Positions 26,231 to 36,406 of a stretch of DNA of 64,000 nucleotides are shown one piece after another. Numbering within the stretch: the first letter of the stretch is position 1; each line of letters opens with the position of its first letter. The notes beneath the pieces were generated by a model. The model was given only the letters and a program-made list of their open reading frames with translations, was not told where the DNA came from and did no database searches. A program made the translations under genes and the position numbers. The stretch comes from Marsupella aquatica (Eukaryota > Plantae > Marchantiophyta): contig OZ316897.1 in the NCBI GenBank assembly GCA_973895155.1, positions 18,014,457 to 18,078,456 of the forward strand, in the 5' to 3' direction.

Positions 26231-26688
26231 AGTATTTTCACATTCAACTTGAACCATCTTCCTCCATCTTCCTCTTATGACGCATTTTTGTTTGCAATAA
26301 GTTGAGATCAGCCTATTCATTAAAAGTGTATTTTCTTTTGTTCACAAATCAGTCCTGAAATGTACAATTTTATGTCCCCAAATGTACACTTTACGAAGCC
26401 CAAATGTACACTTTATAGGCCAAATCTTATTAGTATTATATTAATATATTATATTATATTATATTATATTATATTAATTATAATAGTATTATATTACTTA
26501 TTAGTTCACAAAGAACCATGGGATAGAGATCATACTTGTAAAAACATTTCCGCACAAAGAAGCCCAGGCAAGGACCATTGATTGATAAAGTGTGAAAATA
26601 ATTATTTACAATTGTGTCCAAACTTACAATGAATATCCAGGGCTGGCACCATTTTTACTATCTAATGGGCTTAACATGAGTCAGATCT

Positions 26689-27822
26689 CTAAACAAAGTG
26701 CTCCTTACAATATTTATTTGAGCACGTGTCTTTGTCTCCTTTACTATCTACCCTAATGTCACAGTTGCAACTCCCTTTATCTTCAGGGAGATGAAATTTG
26801 GTGGTGTTGTTCCTAACTGCTATAATCTCCCGCAAAAAGTGTCTGGGATTTTCTCTATACAGACCTGAATATTCCTGTCCTACAAATGATCTAGCAAGTG
26901 AGGTGACAAGTGCATCGTCAAGTTCCACCTCAGGACGTAAGCTACATATACGGTGCTTCACAGCCCAAGGAATCTCATTGCTATTGAGGTCCAGCACACT
27001 ATGCCTATACTGTGACTTCCAAATTTTTGCTGCACATCTCTTACTAAGTTGATCATAAGTAATCTCATTTTTTGCCTTGTCTCTCTTAATGTGCAATAGA
27101 GACCACTTTGGAGAGTTTAGGAGAAGATAACAACGAATGTCACTTGCATGTGACAGTTTCTCAAGACATGGCCAAAGAATTGTTAGAAGAAAATTGTCTC
27201 CACGATTGGCATGCGTGTAGGACACTGGAAATAGTCCGGTCATGTCTGGGTTGGCAAATGCCTTCAAGGGGGAGTCATCCACAAGGAGTGTGTTGGTTTC
27301 ATCATATAGATTTCCAAATGCACTCCATACCACCCAAAAATCCTTCAATAGCACATTTGCCTTTCCATTTGTAATGTCACGCCTTTGAATGCCTGTGTCA
27401 AAGGCTTCCACCTGTGTGAATACAAACTTCAGTTTCAACCGCTCCTCAATTGTGAACATCATGTTCAACATTTTCACTGTTCGCGGCATCCCAACACATG
27501 TCCAAATTGCAACGTCAAACCTGTCAAAAACCAACTTTAGAAACTCATGGAGCCCTGGCCTCTCTGTATACATGCGACTAGTTCCATTTGATCTATCCCA
27601 ATGCACTCCACTTGAGGTGACAATATTCCTGGATGTGCCCTTGCTTTGGAATTCAATAGAATCCCAAAGTATTTTATTAAGGTCCAAAATCAGCAACTTC
27701 CGCTTGAGGGGACCAGGTCTCGATTTTGCAAGTGCACCAAACACCATTCTCAGAGACAAGACCAAAAGTGAACTTTGGATTAGGATTGTCTCAGTCCAAA
27801 AATACAAGACAATGGCTGACAA
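26689..27822 (-). CDS. FCP1/SCP (NIF)-family HAD phosphatase-like protein, TE cargo
   Basis: KRKLLILDLNKIL (motif I variant), RPGLHEFLKLVFDRFDVAIWT, LLKDFWVVW, YDETNTLLVDDSPLKAFANP. Open 377-codon frame; true start may be in an upstream exon. Confidence 0.8.
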   Translation of the reverse strand: MSAIVLYFWTETILIQSSLLVLSLRMVFGALAKSRPGPLKRKLLILDLNKILWDSIEFQSKGTSRNIVTSSGVHWDRSNGTSRMYTERPGLHEFLKLVFDRFDVAIWTCVGMPRTVKMLNMMFTIEERLKLKFVFTQVEAFDTGIQRRDITNGKANVLLKDFWVVWSAFGNLYDETNTLLVDDSPLKAFANPDMTGLFPVSYTHANRGDNFLLTILWPCLEKLSHASDIRCYLLLNSPKWSLLHIKRDKAKNEITYDQLSKRCAAKIWKSQYRHSVLDLNSNEIPWAVKHRICSLRPEVELDDALVTSLARSFVGQEYSGLYRENPRHFLREIIAVRNNTTKFHLPEDKGSCNCDIRVDSKGDKDTCSNKYCKEHFV

Positions 27823-29112
27823 AAAAGAAAATTAACCTACATACCGTTTTTAGAAGCCTCACAATGTGTAGACGGATATGGAGACTTTAATTGGTGAGCG
27901 CATTCTGTGAGACCGAGAAGTATTTTAGATTGATATGAATAAATACAAAGTCAAAGGCTGAATTTCATCCCAAAATAAGAGATCCGTATTCATCAATAAT
28001 CATGTCAGTACCAAGCTCCTGTTGGATTTCAAAATTGACATCTGAAGTACTTTGTTCTACCCAATAAGGTGAAGTCCAAACAGGAGTTATCAACCCCAAT
28101 TCTCCACTCTTATACTCCTCCTTATTGAGAATTGAAGGAGCAGCATCCAATGATATTTCTTGGCCTCGATTTGGCCCACTTTTCCACACGTAACATCGTG
28201 CGTCGCATTCCAATGACCTCCATCCAGTTGATCCAACTCTATTTCCTTTCTTTTTTGAGAGCGGAAGGACAATAGGACTCCCCGAGTGTGAACGAACGAA
28301 CACCAATTTGTCATCAGAAGCTGAAAAGAGTGTGTCAGGACAAGTTGAAGCACCTGCCTGGTTGTCAGCAGCCGTTGATGCATTTCCTCCTGGATTGATC
28401 GGAATGTTAGGCAATCCGCCAGTCTCCCCCTCGGTCTCCCCCCGAGTCAATTCTTTAGTTTCAGCTTCATTTGAATCTCCGAGCCTCGTTGCGCCTTCAT
28501 TGATCAGATTGGTTGAAGAAAGATGATCAAACGTATCAACCCTTGCTCCTTCCAATTGCTCCATCTGTCATCCCGGCGTTGTTGGATTGGGATCATCCTT
28601 GTCCAAGTTATCATCAACTTGAACTTCATTGGGCCCCGGAGGGATGTCATCTAAACCAGATGAACGGTTTGGTGCAAGTCCAATATCATCATCTACATCG
28701 TAAGGCTCACCTTGACCAACATGGTCATCCAAATTCTTGACATATGCCTCCTCTGATGCCTCTACGCCTTCAGCCACTTTGTCAGCAACATCTTCAGACT
28801 CAGAACCATCGGATTCAACAGCGACAGCTACAGCCGCAATAGTGGTAGCCCATTGTCGAGAATTTTCAGCAAGTGATTCACAATGAGCTTTAAGTGAGGG
28901 AACTCTCTCGCAAAGGTAGGAAGCAAAAGCTTCCACAAAATGCCTCTCGGAGTGAGAGTCACAATAAACAAAGCATTCCCTATCGCAAAAAAATGATGTC
29001 TTCATGACTTGGCCACCGGAGAAGAAATCTAGAACCAAATCTCCCGGTTCTGACAAGGATTCAATAATCCTTTGGATCATCCGCGTGGGTTTGGCATGAG
29101 GATTAACCCACC

Positions 29113-30638
29113 TATCGTATAGGGCTCAAGGTAAAAACTATGTGTTTAGACCAAAAGGACACGAATTCGATCCCGATAAGAACAGAATTGAATCAGATTG
29201 AATAATTTTAGCCTTTTGAGAGCTTTAGAGCCTCTTGCTCTCTATTATTCTCAAACTTACTCCTAACAGAAGTAAACAAATTAATCAAAACAACAACAAA
29301 TGGTCTTCTGAGTTATAGGGGAGGATAAACTTAGATTGAGATGATTTAATTAACATTTTAACATTGCCACTCCTTAAGAAAGGACTCTGGTCTTAGCATG
29401 TATAAAATGGTAACTTGCTATCATTCTTCAATCAACCTTTCTCTCTAACCTATAATAATGCTGCTGGTGGGAATTTTGCTCACCAAACCCAGGGTAATTT
29501 TCTGGTTACAAATGCAATGATAAACCTTAAGATGCCGTCAACATGATTCGACTAAGTATGATACATGACTTAAGTCAAATTCTAAGGTTTATTCCAGTAG
29601 AGAGTAACGGTACTAATTCCTTTGAAAATGGAATTTTGCCTCTCACAAACAATATTCATCCTCAAATTGGCTAGCGAATCTCGTCGCAGCGAGTAAGCCT
29701 AGCAGTGAACTCGATCTGAATCTCAGAAGCTAATCATTAAATTCAATCACCACAAAAGAGTCTTGAATTCAATCACACTTCAAAATCAAAGTTTTACTTC
29801 CATACAAAATCTTGACTCACAATGTCTTGTTACAATGGAAGGAGGAACAATTAATCAACAACCTCTATTACTGAATAATGGTTGTATCCATAGGGGAGAA
29901 GTGACTCTAAAAGACTTTATAGGTTTGGAAGCCTAACATAAGGGAGGTATGGAAAGGTATACCCTTTTGAGACTAACAAAACTTGACAAAATATGACTCT
30001 AATACTAGGTTCCAACAAAAACTAAGTCTAAGTGTTGAAATGGCTAAGTGTCATTAAACTTTTCTAATAGAATATAAGATTTGACTAGATTCCCCTATTT
30101 TTAATTCCTAATCCGTAACACCCAAAATGCTGACTTTCCTATAGTGGCTTGTACTACCTTCAATCTGCGTGCAGGCAAAATCTCAGACTTTTTTGAGTGG
30201 TCTAAGTACTTCAAAGAAATCGGACAAAAGTGTTGTTGGGTGAAAATGCAGTTTAACACAGATTTTTCTAAGTGTCGGGAAGAAAACAGGGGGACGCTTT
30301 CAAAGGGCGTCCTGAAAATGGTGGACGCTTCTAAAGGGCGTCGACAAAAAGTGACAAATTAAGTTTTGGTATCTTAGAAAATTCATAACTCCTTAACGGC
30401 TTGCCCGATGAAGCTCAAACTTAGCCAGGATAATTTCCTGTGTCTATTCTACTTGCTGCCAAAGTTTCAGACATTTTTGAAGTCTCTATCATTTTAAATA
30501 AAATAGGAGGAGAGTTAACTTTTTAATCTGCATCAAACACTTAGAATCTGTGCAGAAACTAGGTATCTTCACAAAAAGGCTGCAAAAATCCGGGAATGAG
30601 CTCCAAATGATGTAATCCGAAAAAAGTATCCATCCACA
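29113..30638 (-). mobile_element. Solo LTR related to the Athila-like LTRs at 50996/63132
   Basis: Starts TATCGTATAG (mutated TG), ends CCACA; 5-bp TSD CCACC at 29108-29112 and 30639-30643. Shares blocks with the 50996 LTR (tgccactcctt, atgccgtcaacatg, ttggctagcgaatc, ttgttacaatggaaggagg). Confidence 0.88.
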
Positions 30639-31943
30639 CCACCCTCCGCGACTGCCAACTGTCTCAAATCGAGGGGCCATATTCATAATCTTGACGGCCT
30701 CTTCCGGGTCCAAAACCACTTTTAGGTTGTCGTTTTGTGTCCCCTCATCTGATTCCTTAGCCTTCCCCTTTCCCTTGTCGATCTTGCATACTTCGTAATC
30801 AACATCCTTTGCAGTATACAAGAATTTTGGCTTTGGATAGTTGGGCTTGAAAACTTCATTCCAATTGACGTCTTCATCTCAAGAAATCCCCGCAAAGATA
30901 ACTTCTTCAATCCCCCCACCCCAACATGAGTCATGAGGGTGCGGTTGATCATCTCGAGAATAACTCCCATACTCAATGTGAATGGTCAAAGCTTTCTCTT
31001 GTCCCAGTTTACAAAGGGCACCATGGACATTCAATGCCAGTTGTCCAGGATGAGCTGTTATCGTCACAACAATCGTGGGATTTTGTGGAAGCTCCACAAT
31101 GTATTCAAAGAGAACAAGAATCTTTGCTTCAGTCCATTGTTTTTGCGGAAGCCGGCTAAAATCAACAACGGCAAGAGGGCAGGTCGGAGAAGCTTCTTGC
31201 AATGACTCTGGATCAATGGTCTTCATGAGATTGTCGCTAAAAAATGTAGCCCATGGTAGGGTCCGAGAACGTGATCCTCCGCCAAATTTCTGGCAGTATA
31301 TATCATCTAGGCGGAATGCCAATGCCGTCGGCAAGATTGCGCTCTCCCACGTATGATTTGGTTTTAAAAGGTTGGCAAGATAGACCTCGCCAACGGCTCT
31401 TCGACACCTGCTGAACTCTGAATCAATTGCTAGCGTAGGAAGAACCTCCACTACTTTCCCCCAATTAGTATTTTCTGGGAAATTCACCACATCCTTGGTG
31501 CAATAGTAGTCTTCAATAAGGGACTTCAGTTTCCGCACGATCTTCACATCTTTGGCCAACTCCTCTATAGATGGCATGTCTGATTTATTAGAGGCATCTT
31601 TCTTTAGCAATACCTTTCCTGACTTCACCCGCGTCAGTATTCTTGTGATGTCTCGTTGTGAGATCAACTCACCATCAAAACAACAAAACATGGCAACAGT
31701 AATTGCTTTTTCAGACTTCTCATTTCCTTCTACCCCAGCTCCATCGAGAAGTTTCCCATCCAACCACAACTGGCATACCAAACTCCATAACTCAAAAAAA
31801 GCATCGTCCGCAAACAGTAACCAGTAAACATTTCGACAATCTTTCCTTTCCATGGTCATTCTTGCAAGAGCCAACCAATCCTACAATTGCAAAGGAAAGT
31901 CTGTTAGTTCTCCATAACTCAATTGTTTGATAGCACTCAGGTG

Positions 31944-32340
31944 CGGACTGAGACCATCCCAGTCCAACATAGAACTAGACAGTATTAGTGGAAATATTCT
32001 ATTGAATGTGCATGATTTAGTTTGGACTGGGACCATCCCAGTCCAGAACAAAACTAGACAGTATTAGTGAAAAAAAAATCTATTGAATGTGTATGAATCC
32101 ATTTGGACTGGGACCATCCTAGTCCAACGCAAAACTAGGCGATATCAGTGGAAATATTCTATTGAATGTGCATGAATCCATTTGGACTGGGACCATCCCA
32201 GTCCAACACAAAACTAGACAATATCAGTGGACAAAGATTCTACTGAATGTGCATGAATCCATTTGGACTGGGACCATCCCAGTCCAACGCAAAACTAGGT
32301 GATATCACTGGAAATATTCTACTGAATGTGCATGAATCTA
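31944..32340. repeat. ~5 x ~80-bp tandem repeat containing the palindrome GGACTGGGACCATCCCAGTCC
   Basis: Units at ~31945, 32022, 32103, 32182 and 32263; lies in a predicted intron of the ParB/MTase gene. Confidence 0.85.
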
Positions 32341-34119
32341 CGGTATTGTACCCATCAAGCAGTAACACTTTGTACCTGAAATTTTTGATTGTCTTGAGCA
32401 TTTGTTTTGTTGTCCCCATGTTTTGGCCGGCTAGGTTTTCCACATTCCACAAATAGTTGCCTAGCATGAACGACTGTATCTTTGAAGCATGACTGAAACA
32501 CCATCGTGCTATTGATCGCATTGAATGCTCAACTAATATTGACGATGGTGTTCGATGAGATAATATTCTTGACTTTCAAAATTCCAGCTTTTTCGCCAAT
32601 GCTGTCAGCTTGGCATCCTTGTTTGCCCATTCTCGAATCCATCTGGCTGCTCTAGCCGAATGTTGACCGCTAATGGCAAGGAATTGAACCTCGCCCTTTT
32701 TCACGGCTGCTACAAAGTCCCTCCTATCTGATTCTGTGTTGTCATACTGCATTAGGTTTCTATGTTTTGTAGTGTAAGGAATCAAGTCTGCTATGTGTGG
32801 TTCATGCCCCAGATTTCTTATCATGGAATTGGCCACCTCCTTTACATGTTCTGCATTCAACATTCTGTAACAGAGTCTTGCCGACGCAGGGAAAATACTG
32901 TCTACAGGAATAGAAAATATCGAATTGATCCCAAACGTATAATATTGCTCCATTTGTTGCAATACCTCATTACCTTCTAAGACCTTCTTCTCCTCAGGAG
33001 CGTCCAACTGCTCGTCCACATCTTGTGAATGCACTGTCAGGTTTTTTGTAGTGTCATCCATGATGGCACTGTCAATTTTCTGTTTCTTCTTCTGTCTTGG
33101 TCTCTTTTCACTTGCACTCGGCTTCTCAACCGGATGTTTCTTCTCAACTCGGCTTCTCGTACTCGGCTTCTCAACTGGCTTCTCAACTGGCTTCTCAATT
33201 GGCTTCTCAACTCAGCTTCTCGTACTCGGCTTCTCAACCAAAAGTTTCTTCTCAACCGGAGGTTTCCTTTGGCTTTGTTTTCGTTTTCCCACTGCTCTTT
33301 GAGAGGTCGCTGTTGTAGTTCCCGCGGTCTCTGTTGTAGGTTCTGGAGCATTCTCTGGCACTTTCTCGGGCACAGGGTTTGTATTCACCGTTGGAAGCTT
33401 TCTCGTCTTGGACAAAGATTCTATCCATTGCTTTGCTTTGACTAAATCAAACTTGGGAGCAAATGCAACATCCTTATCAATTAAAACACCAGGCTCCTCC
33501 GACTCCAACGATAACAATCCAGCTTTCTCAAGTAAATTGCTTAACGTCCAGGTAGTTGCAAAAGAAAAATTGCCTTGGTGCTTCATCATGTTGAGTTTCA
33601 AATATTGAAACCCATACATAATGTCGACTGGAAGCATACCAGTTACCCCGACGACCAACTTCTTTGTGTCATAGGTCTTTGGAAAAAATCCCATTGACAA
33701 AATGCTCAATTCCCCACTTGCGTGCCATTTGACATTGAATTCAGAGGAGTATGCCGTTGATAGAAGGTTAACTTTAACCCAACAGGACTTATCGTGCATC
33801 TCGAGAATGACCGTATTCATCCCTCTCCCTCCAATGCAACAGAGACCACAGGTCCGCAAACAAAAGTCAGGCTATCATTTCCTCTGCACTTTAAGGTCAA
33901 AACAGGTTCAATCGTGGTTGATGGCACTTCATTATTAAGCAGGGTTCTTGAGAACTCAAGCCCCCATCGAAAGCGTGGGGATCTCTCATCTAGTAAGAAT
34001 CCGTCCAGGCAGTGGGTCGGTGCAATCGCGGGTTTGAAAACAACAAGATCGCTCCCTGCATCATAAACGTCATCCATGTTAGACTTGAAACCTTTAAAAC
34101 ATTCGAATAACTCTTGTTG

Positions 34120-34405
34120 GATTAGGATGGTCCTAGTCCAACTTGAGATGGTTTTAGACTTGCTCCTACAATCGGGATTCAATCTCCTAGATGGATTAGG
34201 ATCATCCGAGTCCAAGTTTGGATTGGGATGGTCCGAGTCCAAGTTTGGATTGGGATGGTTCGAGTCCAAGTTTGGATTGGGATGGTCCGAGTCCAAGTTT
34301 GGATTGGGATGGTCCGAGTCCAAGTTTGGATTGGGATGGTCCGAGTCCAACTTTGGATTGGGATGGTCCGAGTCCAACTTTGGACTCGGATGGTCCCAGT
34401 CCTCT
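34120..34405. repeat. 27-bp tandem array GGATTGGGATGGTCCGAGTCCAAGTTT
   Basis: About 8-9 near-identical units carrying the same imperfect palindrome as the 80-bp repeat, in opposite orientation. Confidence 0.9.
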
Positions 34406-35639
34406 AAGACTTAGGGAGGATAGGTGATGGATACTTACTAGGGATTCGTGATTGAAATTGTCTAGAGTCTTCGAGTGCTAGTTCCACACTGTCGCTCAGA
34501 GGAGAGGTCAAACTCTTCCGTTTCTTCCACGTAGGACATCACAAGGACGCGATTCGCTTCCATCTTTCTAACACGTGGCAGCGTGACACGTGGCGTCTTA
34601 GCAGGCGTCCGATCTAGGGCAATAAAAAATAATGGAGGTGGAAGGTGGAAGGCGGAGGCTGGCGGAGCCGGGGAGGCAGAGAGAGAATGGAGAGCGGAGA
34701 GAGAGCGGAGAGCAGAGAGCAAGGAGAGCGAGAGGAGAGCGAGAGAGTGAGGAGGAGAGCGAGAGGAGAGCGAGAGAGCAAGGAGTGAGAGAATGAGAAT
34801 GAGGTCTTGGCTGGACCTCTCCGTCCCTTTACCCCCTCCTACCTCACCCCGGCCTGTGTACGGCCGGTTGCCTCCTTCTACTGCGTACGGCCTGCTCTGG
34901 CGTACGGCCTGCTCCTGCATACGGCCCGTTGCCCTCACCTTGCATACGGCCTCCTTCCTTGATGTCCTGCCTACCTAACAACTTTCCATGGTAGTCCCCG
35001 CGCAATTAGGCTTTTGAAGATAAGGTGTGTCCGCAAGCTAAGGTGAACGCGTACTCAACCCTTATCTTCACGCGATTTCCGGTTGAGCCGACTCGAGCGA
35101 AGGGTATAATTTGGGAGACGCCCACTTCGGAGCTCATTCTTGTTCTAGTTTCCCAAATCTAAGCTCCATGTAATCCGGAGTGGAGTTTCTCTTAAAGTGT
35201 TATGTATTGAGCCACTTACCTTCATTGGGTCAGCTTAGCCAGCTTCTTGACTTTTGGAGTCCTCTCAGTTTATCTTTTACAGACATGTGTGGTTTAGGGT
35301 TCAGTTTTTTTTTACTCCCAAGATTTAGTGGCATATAGCTTGTATTTCAAGGTTCTGGGAAGTTTTTACCATTATTCAAACAACAATGTATACCCCTTGG
35401 ATGTGATATTCATCTTCTACCAGATCTTAATACTAAGGTGAGTATAAGGTTAATGCATTCAAATATAAGGTTCCATTATTTCATGAAATTGTATGTAGAC
35501 ATTAGGGTCTGCCTTAAGACCACGCAAACTTTAGGCTACACCATATCTAGGGAGATCCGTAAAATACGAGGTCTTCCTAAATTTGGATTTTTCTTAGCTT
35601 AAGATGTTTGAAGTTTATCTCCCATTACATCATGGGTTG

Positions 35640-36365
35640 GTCTAGGATGGTCCTAGTCCAAGTTTGGATTCGGATGGTCCTAGTCCAAGTTTGGATTAGG
35701 ATCATCCGAGTCCAACTTTGCATTGGGATCATCTGAGTCCAACTTTGGATTGGGATCATACGAGTCCAAGTTTGAACTTGGATGGTCCAAGTCCTAGTTT
35801 GGATTGGGATGGTCCGAGTCCAACTTTGGATTACGATGGTCCGAGTCCAAGTTTGGATTGGGATCATCCGAGTCCAAGTTTGAACTTGGATGGTCCAAGT
35901 CCAACTTTGGATTAGGATGGTCCGAGTCCAAGTTTGGATTGGGATGGTCCGAGTCCTAGTTTGGACTTGGATGGTCTAAGTCCTAGTTTGGATTGGGATG
36001 GTCCTAGTCCAACCTTGGACTGGGATGGTCCCAGTCCAAATCTTGAATCGGAGGATCGTAGTCCAAATCCAGACTCAAAGGATTGCAGTCCAAATCCGGA
36101 CTTGGATGGTCCCGGTCCAAATCCGGACTCGGATGGTCCCAGTCCCAATCCAGAATCGGAGGATTGTAGTCCAAATCCAGACTCGGAGGATTGCAGTCCA
36201 AATCCGAACTTGGATGGTCCCGGTCCAAATCCGGACTCGGATGGTCCCAGGCCAAATCCAGACTCAGAGGATTGCAGTCCTAATCCAGACTTGGATGGTC
36301 CCGGTCCAAATCCGGACTCGGATGGTCCTAGTCCAAATCCAAAATTGGAGGATAGTAGTCTGAAT
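35640..36365. repeat. 27-bp tandem array (~26 units) of the same palindromic motif, with variant sub-blocks
   Basis: ggattgggatggtccgagtccaagttt units grade into ggactcggatggtcccagtccaaatcc and ggaggattgcagtcc variants; ends shortly before the putative acceptor tgtgcag| at ~36412. Confidence 0.9.
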
Positions 36366-36406
36366 CAAAATTTGCATGAGTTTGGTTTTAATCCATTTTT
36401 TTCAGT

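Larger units (their letters stand above)
27965..34563 (-). pseudogene. Large multi-exon gene: unknown N-domain, K/E-rich linker, ParB/Srx-like domain, then an N4/N6 DNA-methyltransferase-like fold; disrupted
   Basis: ParB-like CYRMLNAEHVKEVANSM...FLAISGQHSARAA (~32620-32900). MTase motif X-I string WVNPHAKPTRMIQRIIESLSEPGDLVLDFFSGG is rejoined across the solo LTR. In-frame TGA stops at 33212, 32576, 30879 and 28568, plus probable frameshifts. Confidence 0.7.

Noticed and set aside
27965-33061. Bacterial or phage contamination as the source of the ParB/MTase and SbcCD-like genes
   Set aside because: Both have predicted spliceosomal introns and are contiguous with or interrupted by plant TEs.
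34120-36365. 27-bp palindromic arrays as a CRISPR array
   Set aside because: Units are head-to-tail with no unique spacers, there are no cas genes, and the context is a eukaryotic TE.
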